Shown: in pieces, positions 11,661 to 25,536 of the stretch | Position numbering within the stretch: the stretch's first letter is position 1 | Layout of the letters: every line of letters starts with the position of its first letter | Assembly: GCA_030265395.1 (NCBI GenBank) | Contig: JARFYF010000074.1 | Location: 46,553,344 to 46,617,343, forward strand | DNA: 64,000 bases | Source of the DNA: Rhina ancylostomus | Taxonomy: Eukaryota | Direction: 5' to 3' | Made by a program: the position numbers and the translations under genes | Notes under the pieces: model-generated | The model's input: only the letters and a program-made list of their open reading frames with translations | Told to the model about the DNA's origin: nothing | Database searches by the model: none

Positions 11661-14600
11661 TAACCGTCTGTGGATGTTCTGTTGAGAATGCCATCGCTTT
11701 TGACAACTTTCAAGATTCAGCTCAATGTAGAGAAGACTACATATTATTTACTTGTCAGTGAGGACCCCATTATAGATCTGGGACTAAGGAGTGCTTTTGA
11801 GAGTATTTTACATTAATGTTTTATGTTGATTTGTAAGTGTTTTGTGTTTTTAATTCATTTCATTCTAAATTTGTATTTGTATCATTTTTAAAAGCCGTTA
11901 AATGTCTGGGTACCAGAACCATTTCAAACCAAAGCCTCTCAGGCTTTGACATGCTGAAAACTGAGCCTTAACTTTAAATCACAAGTTGTCGGGGTGTTCT
12001 GGGAGTGAGACCTCAGCAATATGTCACTTTAGTTTTTACTTGAATCTGAAGTTTTGCTATTTAATTGACTTCTATCATTTTAATAAAAGGATGTTTTTAA
12101 GTGTTTTTGCAGATTAGCAACAAAGTGCATTTTCAGTGTGAAAAGAAATGTTTTTTTTGGTTTCATCTTTTCTCGTTTCATCAGTTTTCTAATTTCTTTC
12201 ATTTTTTTCATATTTTTGTTTTGTGCATGTTGCCTATATATAAGTTGCATATTAGGAATATTATTTGCAATATAAAGTATTGTAGTTTTGAATGGCAAAC
12301 ATTTCTTCATAAAATTGTTCTGCAAAAAATTAAACTTTTTTTATGTAGTCATTGGGTTTATTTCAGTTTAGGAGAATCAATTATGAGAAAACACCGTGTC
12401 CCAAGTAGAGAATTATGGAAATGTGCCTGTAGAAGGAAAATTTCAATTATTTCCTCATTTAGTATTAGATTCTTAGTTCCTTATATTTTGCCTCAGTAAT
12501 GAGCTAATAAGGAAAATAAACTATTTCTCATCATTTAAAATTCAAGAATCTCTTATAGATGCAGGTGTTTTTGACCTTGTTTGTGTAGATAACATACAGC
12601 ATTCCTTTTGATTTTTCATGCAACATTTAGATTTGGATTTATTTTTCAATGTCCATAGCTCAGCTGCAGTCCCTGGGGCCTTAATCACTGACCATCCAGT
12701 TTCGTAAAGCTTTCACTGTATTGGACCCAGAACTGATGTTGTATTCAATGTATTTATAGTGCTACCTCATAAAATACAAGACTGGTTTCTTTTTATAGCC
12801 CTGCTTTAGAAGTTGCTTGTCACAAAGATTTTTACCAGGCAAGGTGCAGCAAGTATACCCAACTATACTGTACTGTTATTTGCTATTGTAGGCAAGCAAG
12901 TTTTAAGGGAATGAATGTGACTGGGTTAGTTATCATAATTATAGCAAAGTAACTTAAGGAAAATATACCTTACCTGAAAAATATCAAAATCTGGTTGATG
13001 GGAAAATCTCCTTAATTATGAAGGAAGTATTAGTAAAACGTTGACTTTATAATTTCAACAAACCATAATTTGACAAATGCTGTTAAAATGGCTGTTCTTT
13101 TTAAATGTTTGGAAAGCATTTTTTAATTGAAGCACTTATTCAACTTTATTCTAAATGTTATTTTATTTCACAATATTTTATGACATCTTTTCAAATTTAT
13201 TTTTGAGTATTCGCTAATGATTAAATACAAAATACAAATTGAGCCATGATTACTTTCAGTGAATTGGCTATGCTTGCAGATTACTTGTGGATTTAATTTC
13301 ATTAACAGTACATTATTAAGTTTGTTAACATCATTTTACCAATCAATTCAAAGCTTAGGTAGGACAGCATTTATAGGTGGTGTTGTGACTGCAGTTTCCA
13401 CTTTAGTTTCACGTGAACAACATGAGGATAACATGTATTTGGCTGAGTCTCTTGTTACTGCATTCCTTGGCTTTCTGAGCATCAAATTCTATTTTTTATA
13501 TATATAATATGAAGGGAATTTGAGAGAATTCAGCTGGAGAAGTTTTCACTTGCTCTTGCTAACTGGCTCAGTGCCATACAAAAATAAAATGGTCTTGACT
13601 GCAAAGTCTTGCTCTAACTACTCAGTTGATTAATTTCTCACATCTTTAGCCTTGTTTTGCTCTCGGCCATGATTACCTCAGTGCCTTAGTTACTACACGG
13701 TCTCTCTGTATTGGTGGCTTGATCTTGACCTCTACTGCTCATCAGCCTACTGCGGATTAAGTAGTGCATTCTTAGATATAGAATCTTCTCTGACTGCTTT
13801 ATGACACGTTGCCCAACTTTGGAGGGCTGTTTTTGGTTGCACATGTGCCATGTCTCCTCCTTCATTGGCCTGCTAGTCCTGATCTCAGTCTGTCATCCCA
13901 AATTTATTGATGCTCTGGTGATTATCAGCAGAAAATTAACTAGATGCCAACGTAGTATAATCAAGAATAATTATGGTATTCATTATGTTAATTTGCACCA
14001 CATAAAAGCATTTGTGCCCTAGATTAATTAGTTGTGGTATGTGATGTAAAGGAAGAGGGAAGTGAAAGAAATGGGATTGTTTAGTATTTAAGGTATTCTG
14101 TTTTGGATTTTATGTAGTGAGCTATGTTTTGCAACTTAGGAGAAACCAGAATAAAAAAAATGTTTGGTATCCAATAATGGGGTTCAAAACAAAAAAATTT
14201 GAACAAAGTATCAAAATAGTGTTTGCCAATCACCATGATCAAGCAAATACAGTTTTAGAAACAAGGTTTTGTCTTGATTTATGAATGTTTAATTCATGGT
14301 TTTTGCAGTAAAGCTATTGATGTATATATCAAATTTTACTAAGAATGAATAGCGCCCCACTCTCTTCTACGCTCCCCCCCNNNNNNNNNNNNNNNNNNNN
14401 NNNNNNNNNNNNNNNNNNNNNNNNNNNNNNNNNNNNNNNNNNNNNNNNNNNNNNNNNNNNNNNNNNNNNNNNNNNNNNNNNNNNNNNNNNNNNNNNNNNN
14501 NNNNNNNNNNNNNNNNNNNNNNNNNNNNNNNNNNNNNNNNNNNNNNNNNNNNNNNNNNNNNNNNNNNNNNNNNNNNNNNNNNNNNNNNNNNNNNNNNNNN

Positions 14601-15459
14601 NNNNNNNNNNNNNNNNNNNNNNNNNNNNNNNNNNNNNNNNNNNNNNNNNNNNNNNNNNNNNNNNNNNNNNNNNNNNNNNNNNNNNNNNNNNNNNNNNNNN
14701 NNNNNNNNNNNNNNNNNNNNNNNNNNNNNNNNNNNNNNNNNNNNNNNNNNNNNNNNNNNNNNNNNNNNNNNNNNNNNNNNNNNNNNNNNNNNNNNNNNNN
14801 NNNNNNNNNNNNNNNNNNNNNNNNNNNNNNNNNNNNNNNNNNNNNNNNNNNNNNNNNNNNNNNNNNNNNNNNNNNNNNNNNNNNNNNNNNNNNNNNNNNN
14901 NNNNNNNNNNNNNNNNNNNNNNNNNNNNNNNNNNNNNNNNNNNNNNNNNNNNNNNNNNNNNNNNNNNNNNNNNNNNNNNNNNNNNNNNNNNNNNNNNNNN
15001 NNNNNNNNNNNNNNNNNNNNNNNNNNNNNNNNNNNNNNNNNNNNNNNNNNNNNNNNNNNNNNNNNNNNNNNNNNNNNNNNNNNNNNNNNNNNNNNNNNNN
15101 NNNNAATGAATAGCCCCCCACTCTCTTCTCCGCACCCCCGCCCCTCCCCCCCCCCCCCCCCCCCCCCAAGTAGGAATACAGTGTGTCCTGCATTAGTGTT
15201 TGGGTAAGATTTCCCATATCAAGTTAAGGGAACGGCTCCTTTAAATCAGGTGTTTTGTAATCCTGAAACATACATTTAATATTGATTGGTGACAGCTGGT
15301 GACAGTGTTTGATAGTTGCCTTAAACCAAATTGTACTGTTAACTGCAAAAGACCTTAGGGTGAGGGTTAAGGTACAGAACCTCTTCCCATATGGAAGAGG
15401 AGGCAAACAGAAATTGATTCATCCAATCACAACAGCATGGTTGAAAACCCCTAAAATCA

Positions 15460-15620
15460 TGCAGCTGTTGGAAATCTGAATGAAAAATAGAACATGCTGG
15501 AAGCACTCAGCGGGCTTGGCAGCATCTGTGGAAAAAGAAACAATTAGCATTTTGGGTCTGAGCTCCTTTGTCAATACTGGATAAGAGAGAAACTGGGTTG
15601 AGCAACTAAAGAATATTAGC
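15460..15620 (-). repeat. Penelope-type terminal repeat copy (degenerate hammerhead-bearing family)
   Basis: gctggaagcactcagcgggcttggcagcatctgtggaaaaagaaac is shared with the copies at 19540, 23120, 32600, 43290, 49900 and 61460. Confidence 0.6.
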
Positions 15621-15719
15621 TAAAGATGGTCGTGGGGGAATGAAAGGATGGCAATTATTTGAGCCAAAATAGCAGATAAGAACCATGCATGATCTTATGA
15701 AAGGATGGTCATTGGTGAA

Positions 15720-16327
15720 ACAGCTTAAGTGGGTTGGGTCTCGGAACCTGCCCTGAGGAACTCCATTATTTCTGTCCTGAACCTGGGGTAATTGGCCTCC
15801 CACAGCTACAATGATATTCCATTGTGGGAGGTATGACTGGAGGAGTGCTTTCCTTTTGATGTACATTGACATCAGTTTTACCACAGCACCTTGAAGCTAC
15901 ACCCAGTGAAATGTGGCCTTGATGTCAATGTCATTCTCTCTCATCTCATCTGTACAGTTCAGTGCTTTATTTGGGCCAAAGTTGTGATGAGGTCAGGAAC
16001 CCAGCAAATCTGGTTAAATCCAAATTCGGATTTGGCGAGAAAGTGTTGCACTATCAATGACAGCTTCCATCACTTTGATGTTTGAGAGTAGACTGGTTGG
16101 CCAGTGATGAGCTGAATTGAATTTGTCCTTTTGTTTTTTATGAACTGGGTTATACCTGTGCAATTTTCCATACTGTCAAGTAGACGTCAATAATGTACTG
16201 GAACAGCTTGGCAGGAGCCACAGCCAGTTCTGAAGTGCAAATTCTCATAACCACAGCTGGGATGTTTTCTGGTCCCATAACCTTTGCTGTATCCAGTACT
16301 CTCAAATATTTCTTGACTTTTTCTTTC

Positions 16328-16372
<45 letters not shown>

Positions 16373-17220
16373 GATTCCTTTTTGAAATTTACTGTTGAAT
16401 TTGTTCTCACCATCCCAGAGTGTAGTCAAAATTGCTGAGTAAAAAGTATTCTTATTCTGTTCAGCTATGTATCATTTGCCAATTATTTTAAATCTGTCTT
16501 ATCTAGTTGTTGACCTTCCTGGCTATTGGCAATGTTCTTTGTCTATTTTGCTGGCATCCCTTTAGAATTTTGAACATTTCTATTAAATTTCATGATAACC
16601 ATTTTAGGGCAGCAACCTTGGTTTCTGTAATCTCTAGATGAAGCTGCTAATTCTTGATATAATTCACATCTCTACCTTTTCCGTGCATGCATGTAGTGCT
16701 GTCAGTGCCAGGTTGGTGCATTGTTCTCGAGGTGTATCTGGTGCTGTTCCTAGCATGCCCCTACATGCTTTTTGTGCAAACCAGGGCTGCTGTCCTGGAT
16801 GGATGGTAATGATAGAATGAGGTCTATGCTGGGTTATGATGTTATAGATTATGATGAAATACAGTTCTGTTCCTGATGAGCATGAGCTGCCAGAACTGTT
16901 GTGAAGATACCTAGTTTAGCATGATGTTGGGTGTCCTCGCAGCAAAGACAACATTGTTTAAGGCTATTTGATGATCAATCTTACTCACAATGTCAATGAC
17001 ACTTGTATCTAGAACAAGTTGGTTCATCAGCTGAGAAAATATATTTGGTCACAATCAGCAGGTTTCCTTGCCTAAGTTTGACCTGATCCCATGAGATTTC
17101 ATGGGGTTCCAGAGTCAGTAACAAAAATTGCCAAGGCCATTCTTTCCCAGTTACATGTAACTCTGCCACCAGCTTTTGGAGCCAACACACTCAATGATTG
17201 TGATGGAGAATTTGAGACAT
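15720..17220 (-). mobile_element. Decayed non-LTR retrotransposon fragments (RT and upstream ORF2)
   Basis: Minus ORF 15606-15884 contains GVPQGRFRDPTHLSCFTNDHP, similar to the RT motif GVPQGSVLGP..F..FINDL; interrupted by (TA)n. Confidence 0.7.
16333..16369. repeat. (TA)n microsatellite
   Basis: About 18 perfect AT dinucleotides. Confidence 0.95.
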
Positions 17221-17515
17221 ACTTGGAAAGATATGGTTGACCCAAAGGGAAATTAAAAAGAAAATTGGCAAGGCAAAAAATGCATGAGAAAATACTGGCA
17301 AATAAAATCAAATAAAGCCCTAACCTATATTATAAATAAGCGAAGTGACAGAAGATCATGGAAAGAGTCATGGTCTATTAAAGCCCAGAAGAGTAACCTG
17401 TATGTGGATATGAATGACATACCTGACGCTAAAGGCTTTGAATCTGCCTTCACTGAATGGACCATGTTTTAGACACTGGCATTAAGGAGAAAGAATGTGA
17501 AACCTTAGAAATGAC

Positions 17516-17543
17516 GGGGGGGGGGGGGGGGGGGGGGGGGGGG
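17516..17543 (+). repeat. Poly-G tract (28 nt) inside a CR1 fragment (~17220-17700)
   Basis: Directly visible homopolymer. Confidence 0.9.
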
Positions 17544-19541
17544 CTGCAGTGGATATATTAAAGGGGTTAGCATCTTTAGAGTGGCATCTTCAGAGTCAAT
17601 AAAGTTCCAGTTAAATATTTGGCCCAGGTCTGATTTTAATAAAAAAGCAAGAAAGGAAATTATGTAGACTTTGACTATATTTTCCAATTCACTTGGGTGT
17701 GGTGATGGAGGACTGGAAGGCAAGCTATGTCTGGAAATTCCAGTGCACCCTAAATATCTTGAATAATGTTGGACTGCCATTAATCATTGTCTCTGCGCAT
17801 CAAAATTTTGTATCGAGGCCTGTTTGGAGAGAGTGGATGCTGAACTTGAACATTTATCTGCCTGTCCTCCTTGCATGGGCTTGGGAGGACATCCTCAAGC
17901 TGATGGGGTCTGGGATCATACGCACTTGGTGCAGGTTGTTGGCAGATGAAGGGAATCACGATTACATCAGCATGCTCAATGAAGGGAGTGGGGGGGGTGG
18001 AAGGGAGAGAGGATGTAACTGGGACTTTACTGGCACTTGTATATTAGGGATTCGCAGGACCAAGTACTATCGTGAGGCAAGGGATTGGAGGCTGCATGAT
18101 CAGCTGGCGGTGTGTATCATGGGGGCAGGAGCTCAGAAGAGGCTTCCCGGAGATTGGGGAGTACATTTAATACGGGTTTGGATTGGGGAGGGCAGCAGTA
18201 ATGGTGTCACGACTTGGGTGCAGATGCTACTGCGATAAAATCAATTTCTCCTGGTAATGGAAGGCGAATTAGAAAAATGTGGTCCACATTCTCCCTCCAG
18301 TGCTCTATACGAAGTATTGCATAGGGCATGATGTTCTCCCTTGCAGCCCTGAGGAAATGGGGTAGGAAGTGCTTAGTCAAATTTGCAGTGATGCAAAATA
18401 GCCTGGAAGTGGATGTTACTATACTTGTGGGAAAATGTATTTTTAAATGCGTAACACTCAGTAAAACAAAAGTGGGTTGAGGTGTACATGTTGTTGAATT
18501 CTGAAAGCGAAAGTGGTTTTATGTTTTGATAGGTCCATGATAGAAATATAAATGGTTCTCATTAATTATTTTATAGCAGTAATGAATATTCACATGATGC
18601 TAAATTCTGTATGCCTCTGTGCAGAATTCATTGAGCATCCATGTGAAAGAAATATTGAAGACACAAGTTGAAGGCAAGCATAAAGCCACCAGAGGCCTCC
18701 CTAACCCACTTCCTCAAAATCCAGACACTAATGCGATATGAGAAGTTAAGGAGAGTATTAAATCCAAATAGGAGGCATATAGAATGGCAGACAAAGTAGG
18801 AAACCTGAGGATTGGGAGCAATTTCGATTTCAGCAAAGGACAACAAAGAAGTTGGTTAGGAGTGCATACTTGCTGTGAACATAAAAATGAATTATAAAGG
18901 CTTCTACAGGTGTCTAAAAAAAGAAAAGATTAGTGAACTCAGAAATGGGAGAATTCATAATGGGGAATACAGAGCAATTAAACCACTGCTTTGGTCCATC
19001 TTCATAGAGAGCACACAAGTAACCAAGATATGTTTGGGAACCAAGAACCAAATGAAGGTGAGGAAATAAAGGATATTGGTATTGGAATGGAAATGGTGCT
19101 GGAGAAATTAATGGCACCATAAATTGATAAATCCCTATGGCCTCATAATTTGCATCTCAGAGTACTAAAGGAGAAAGCCATGGAAATTATGAAGGCATTG
19201 AAACAGAAGCATCAAAAAAAGTAGAAGCCATTCAGAAAATAGGGTCTGCTGCACCACCACTTAACACATTCATGGCTAATCATCCACTTCACTACCCTGT
19301 TCTTGCATTTTCCTTGTATCCTTTGGTCCTTTTAGCATTAAGAAATATCCTCCTTGAATGTATTTAATGATTTACCTTCCACTGCCTTCTCCGATAGAGA
19401 ATTCCACAGGTTCCCCACCACCTGGGTGAGGACATTGNNNNNNNNNNNNNNNNNNNNNNNNNNNNNNNNNNNNNNNNNNNNNNNNNNNNNNNNNNNNNNN
19501 NNNNNNNNNNNNNNNNNAACCTTTACTTAAAAATTAAAAAA

Positions 19542-19700
19542 ACAGAAAATGCTGGAAAAACTCAGCTGGTCAGATAACATTTCTGGAAAGAGAAATGGTT
19601 AATGTTTCAGGTCCAAGGCCCTTCGTCAGAACTGTTGGCTGAGTTTTTACAGCATTTTCTGTCATTATTTCAGATTTCCAGCGCCTGCAGTTTTTTTTTA
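19542..19700. mobile_element. Penelope-type terminal repeat in inverted arrangement
   Basis: Arms 19542-19566 and 19638-19662 are reverse complements at 24 of 25 positions and enclose a hammerhead motif. Confidence 0.7.
19598..19634 (-). ncRNA. Minimal type I hammerhead ribozyme motif
   Basis: Minus strand reads CAGUU-CUGACGA-AGG-GCCUUGGA-CCU-GAAA-CAUU-AAC: both catalytic boxes, a 3-bp stem II and a short stem I (GUU/AAC). Confidence 0.65.
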
Positions 19701-21279
19701 TGAGTTTCACTTCCTGTACCTGGTCTGTTAGGCCTGTCAGAATCTTTAAAGTTTCTGTGAGACTCCTTTGCGTTCTTGTGTGCTCCAGTGAGTCCAAGTC
19801 TAACCAACCCAGTCTCTGTCAAATGTCATCCCTGGCATTCTGCCATTAATTATTTTTCCACTTCCATGTTTCCCATTATGAATTGATTACCATTTTCCAG
19901 AAATCTCTAGATTGTGAAGTACTTAGTACACATTGGAGGGTGATAAATGTAACCCCACTATCTAAGAATGGAGGGGGAGTAAACTGGAAACTACAGACCA
20001 ATTAGCCTTGCATCACTTGTGGGGAAAATGCTAGAGGCTAATAAAAATAATGAGGTAACAGGACACTTGAGAAATATCAGTGGGATTAGATGAATTCAAC
20101 ACAGATTTCTGAAAGGAAAATTGTGTTTGACAAATCTACTAGGATGTATAAGGGGGAATGTTTAGATTTAGTGTGAAGCATATAATGTTGGGAGCCATGT
20201 ATTGGCATGGATTGAAAAGTGGTTGACATACTAGAAACGGTGAGAATAAATGGGTCTTTTTCAGGTGAGAGGCATTAACTAGTGGGATACTACAGGGATT
20301 ATTGGCTGTCCCTCAGCTATTCATAATATGTCAGTGAATTAGATAAGAGAACCGTATGTATTTCGAAGTTTGTTGATGACACAAAACTGGGTGGAGGAAG
20401 CAGAGAGGTTTCAAGGTGATTTATACACGATTAAGGGAGTGTGTGAAACATCTGATACAATGTAATGTGACATTATCCACTTTGGTTGGTAAAAACAGAA
20501 AAGAGAAGTATTTAAATAGTGTGTAAGTAGTGTTAGATTGGTAAGTGTTAATGTACAAGTAGACTTGGGTGACCCTGTGCACAGAAAACAAACATGCACC
20601 TACAACAAGCGTTAAGAAGGCAAATGGTACCTTGTCCTGAACAGCAAGATTTGAGTTCTGGAGCAGGATGCTTTCCTGCAATTATACAGAGCCTTGGTAA
20701 AACCACATGGAATATTATGTTCAGTCTCCAGAAAGAACACTATAGAGAAATGGCAAGAGGCAGTAAGGAGATGGGAGAGCAGGGAATGTGGTATTAAGAT
20801 AACTAATTAACTGTGATCATATTGAATAGCAAAACNNNNNNNNNNNNNNNNNNNNNNTTCTCCTTTTCCTAAGGCCAGACTTACATTGATGATTGAAAAT
20901 GCATTGGAAAAAAATTCCAAGGAGCAGCATGAATCACCATTCAAAGAAGTACAGGTTATTCAAGGACAATCTGTTTTATTTGTAAATAAAGGCTTGATCT
21001 AACAAAATTAAATTTTGAGGAGTGTTCTTGAGGACTGTACATTTGATTTAATCTACATAGTGACAGATTGAACAAGAAATTGAAAGCTCATGGGATTCAA
21101 GGGAAAGTGGAAGTTAGGTTTGATATTGAATTATCAGTTTATGCACCCTTGTTATTGTCTTCTCTAGTATTCAGAAGTAAATATCTGTTAGGGTGATGCA
21201 CTAACAGCCTGGTTCTCCTGATCTTTTCATCTAATCCTCACCTTGTATATGTTAAAAGTTGTTTGGTGACCACCACCTG

Positions 21280-22620
21280 GAATGTCCTCCCCTTGTATTG
21301 GTAAGATGTTGAGAAGTACTGAGGGACAAGAACCTTTGGAGTGCATGCCCACAGATCCCTGTGAATAACAAGACTGGTGGTTAAGGTAGTGACGAAGATA
21401 AATGAATACTTGACTTACCAGAAGGGAATAAAGTACATGAGTAGGGAAACTACTAGAATCGTATAAGTTGCTAGTTAGGTTACGGCAAGAGCATAATTTG
21501 GTACAGCACACTATAGGAAAGTAAAATCGGAGAAAACCCTGAAATGTTTTAGAAGGGATTGTTCATATCTGTGAACCCTTTTTGACTGCAACTTTTTAAG
21601 ATCTTTCAAACTTTTAACAATTGTTTCCAACTCTTAAGAAATTCAGCTGTGACTCCAAAAGCAAAGTTTGAAATACAACAACAAAAAAAATCATAGACCA
21701 GATATCTGGCAGGACAGTTTCTGATTGCTTTCTGATTATCTTTTGTTTTTGAATTTGTTTACATTTTCTTTTTTTCCCAATCTAATAGGACCTTCTCTGA
21801 ATCTAGATAATTTTGGAAAGTTAAAATCCAATACATCAATTGTCACACTAGCCATTAGAATGACATTTGGATGAAATCTAACTGGAACTGGAAACTTGTT
21901 GGTTCGCAGCACTGACAGTTTATTCAGTATAATGCCTCGATGATTGTAACTTTGCTGAATTCCTTGCACCCAGTTCCTGATCTATAGATATTTTTGAAAT
22001 ATTATTTGTAGCAGATGCAAAATACCTGTTTGATTCATCTGTGATATCCTTGTTTTCCTTTATTAATTCACCAGACTTACACTCTGTAGGAGCAGGGCTC
22101 ACTTTAACTCTTCATTGAATATCAGCAGGGAATCTTATTATTTGTTATATATTTTTGGCTAGCTTTATCTCATACCTTAATATTTTCCTTCCTTATTAAT
22201 GTTTTAGTCATTCTCTGTCCTTTTCATATTCTGCCCAATATTCTGACTTTCCATCTGTCTTTGCACAAATGTATGCTTTTTTTAAGTTTGACACCAACTT
22301 TTTTAGCTAATCACAGATGCTCAGTCTTTCCCTTGAAATTTTGCTTTCCTGTTGGATTGTCTTTTCTGTGTAATGAGAAGGACCTCATTTATTGTCTGCC
22401 ACTGCATCTTGACTGACCATAACCTAATTTAGCTGTTTACTCTGCAATTGCTCTGTTTTCATGTCTTATTAGTTGCCCTCATTTAAATTTAGAATTCTAG
22501 TCCTGGTCTCATTCTTCTCTCCCTCAAAATGAATGTAAAATTCAATCATACTGTGATCTCTGCTAACTTAGGGTGCCTTGGTGATGAGGCCATTAGTCAA
22601 CCTCATTGCAAAATACCAGG
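21280..22620. mobile_element. CR1 LINE fragments (+ at ~21280-21600, - at ~21760-22620)
   Basis: Minus ORFs ILNKLSVLRTNKFPVPVRFHPNVI (similar to CR1 KSPGPDGLHPRVL) and GELIKENKDITDESNRYFAS. Confidence 0.75.
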
Positions 22621-23119
22621 TTTTGTATAACCTGCAGAACGTGCTGTTCCGTGAACTGAACAACTTTGCATCAGCTGTGAATTAAGCTTCTCTCATTTAC
22701 CCATTCACACCAAAGCCACAATAGAATTATTCCCCCATTTTCCCCTTCCTCTGATAACACCTTTCACTGAGGAAATAAATCTCTTCATATTGTTGTGGTG
22801 AAAAACAATTCTTTCCTCTTTCTTTAAAGAAATCCTGCATATTTTGTAGATGAAATGATCTGGTAATCAAGCTGCATGTGACAATTTCCATGGTTGTGTC
22901 AAACTGCCTTGTCAACACAATTTCTCTCAACCGGGCTTTTGCATGAAGAGCTTTGTGGCAACTGATGTACCCTGTGTACCCTGGTTGGAAGGTGGATTAA
23001 GGTTCATCATTAAGGTTTCTTAGGCTTTCCACTTCCTGGGATTGGGCAGCGGGGGGGAGCAGCAATCTGCTAGGAGGAGGGACAAGGAGCAGCTTAAGAT
23101 CTATTCTTCCCCCTTTTAA

Positions 23120-23240
23120 TGTAGGGTTTTCAACCTGAAACAACTTTGTTTCTCTTCCACAGATACTGCATGACCAGCTGAGTCCTTCCATCATTTTCTG
23201 TTTTTATTTCAGATTTCCAGTATCTGCAGCTTTTTTTAAA
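23120..23240 (+). repeat. Penelope-type terminal repeat copy
   Basis: cctgaaacaactttgtttctcttccacagatactgcatgaccagctgag...cattttctgtttttatttcagatttccagtatctgcag. Confidence 0.65.
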
Positions 23241-25536
23241 TTGTCACTCAATGGCAGCAGATGGGAAGAGGGAAGGCTGGAGTGNNNNNNNNNNNNNNNN
23301 NNNNNNNNNNNNNNNNNNNNNNNNNNNNNNNNNNNNNNNNNNNNNNNNNNNNNNNNNNNNNNNNNNNNNNNNNNNNNNNNNNNNAAGGCTGGAGTGCCAC
23401 TCGGGCAATACCATTCTTTAATTGATGTGGTACTTGAAATGGGATAACTCAGGGCATAACTCCCTAATGACTCTGAGCATGCTTTCTGGATACATTGAAC
23501 ACTCTTGCAATGCATGCTATATACACCTAACACCCTGAAGGTAATTTAGTTTGGACAGACATTGGGCAGCAGCCCCATTATTAGAATGTCTGGTCACCCG
23601 AGGAAAGTGAAATGTTTGTGTGTATCGACAGTTGGTATTTAACCATAAAATTTTTATCTCAGCTATAAGACATTAGGCTGCAAAAAAAAACCCAATAAGA
23701 AGTAACAGGCTCACAGAGGTTATTATTTTCACGAAAGAGGAATGGAGGTCTGGAACTTAGTCTCTGAAAGGCTTGTGATAAAGAATACATAAATAAAAAA
23801 TATACTCAATATGCTAACCAGCAGTCCCTAACTCCTTAAAAGAAGCATTGACAGATATCATTAAGAGTCAGTACACATCTTTGTTTGTTGATTGAACAAG
23901 TAAGGTTTCATTGTTAATCGAGATCTCTGGATTATCTGCCCAATAATTTAACACCTATGTCAGTGTTCCTTATCAGGATATTTCAGCATTTTAAGTATCC
24001 CATCTCTGTTTCCAAATGAGATGTGTGGAGGCCCTTTTCTGTGTAATATTTCATAGATTATTAAAAAGATAGAAAGAATTTTCAAAATTAAAGAGATCAA
24101 AATTTTGGATGAACCCATTTTTATCCAGAGTGAATTTTTTCATTGTTACCACTGCAGCAAGAGGCCTGCTGATAATAGCTCTAACCACGATTCTGTGGGG
24201 GAGATTTTTTTTTGTAAAAGAATTATTATTACATTGTTAATATTTTACATAAACGCTACCTGATTTTCGTGATCCAAAGTGTTCCTGGTCTATCGTGCCT
24301 GCATGCCCATGGTATATATCTGTTCATATCATGCTAATGTTGCATTACATTTACCAAAAAAAATGTTGCATTCCTGCTTTGATCTGCATATGCTGGTATT
24401 ATGGATAAGTGTGTACCTACATTTCTAGATGTTTACCCATCCTGTAACTTATCTCTGTAGTACAAGTTTGTTTATATTATATAATGTACTTTATCTCATA
24501 GTCTGTGGTATCTGCTGTCTAGGAATACATACAAGATTCTTACCGATTTTTCTTTCATAAACTAATGTATACTCAAGTGGAATGGTATTAGAATAATTTG
24601 ACTATTAAGTCATCCAGGTATTTTAATGTTAGGTGATCTAACACAGTGAACTAAATGGTTAAAAGAATGAACTACTTCAAAACCAGCCCTTGTATACAAT
24701 AAAATGAGACATGGCTGTTGAATTGATTTTTTTTTTAAAGATAGCTTTTTCACCCATCTCCCTACTCTTCTACAGCAACAGTCCCCACCAACCCTGCACA
24801 GCCTCCACCTAAGCCAACCACTACCGGATACATGCATGCCAACATTTACAGTGTTGCAAATTTATGGTAGTCAATTAAATTCTGTTATATCTTCGCTCTT
24901 AATTTTTAGGTCCACAAATAATTGTCACAAAATATTTTGTATGTTCATTTTCATTTAATATGGTTTTGAAACGATAAATGTTCAACAAGTTCCTATCTAG
25001 TGGCACATGAGGGAGTTAAGAAAATGGGATCCTGTTTTAGTTTCTGTCTTTGTTACCTATCTTTCAGGTGCACTTTATATGGAACAATGCACTTTATTAA
25101 AATATAATTTTCAGGACATTGGTGACAATATTGAGCTCTCATATCCCAGGAATAGAATTTGAAGTACTTAGTGATCACTTAAATCTTTGTTTTATCTTGT
25201 TCTGATCGACAAAAAATAATTGTAGCCAGCAGTAGCCTTGAAAGAAAATAGGAAATTTGATTCGTGTAAGAGATGTAATTTATCAGTAATATGATTGTTT
25301 TGTGTAACTTCATTGGCGATATGTGAAGAATAACCTTGTATGAATTGAGAAATATAGATGTCTGGTGAGGAAAAAAATATGTAGATACTCCATTTTTAAT
25401 ATCTTGTTTTGTAATTGTGCATTTCAAATAGCCAGTAGCACTATAGTTTGGTAGCCATTTGAGCTGATAAATAGGTATTCCACATAGAATTTTTATTAAT
25501 AGTAATGTTTATTAATATTTCCTTTTCTCCTTATAG

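Larger units (their letters stand above)
18760..20830 (+). mobile_element. Fragmented CR1 LINE ORF2 with a nested reverse CR1 3' end (~19200-19860) and a Penelope-type repeat
   Basis: NIKMNYKGFYR, ggaaactacagaccaattagcct (GNYRPISL), aagtttgttgatgacacaaaactgggtgg (KFADDTKLG-like). Confidence 0.8.

Noticed and set aside
13420-13436. acatgaggataacatgt, resembling the MS2 operator hairpin (ACATGAGGATCACCCATGT)
   Set aside because: It lacks the CC needed for the upper stem and is a single copy in a vertebrate intron; a chance match.
14329-15217. Long 254-292 aa ORFs in the ORF track
   Set aside because: They consist almost entirely of N-gap translation.
17693-18238. 181-aa + strand ORF in the large intron
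   Set aside because: No recognisable domain or fitting splice phases; W/G-rich and adjoining decayed repeats.
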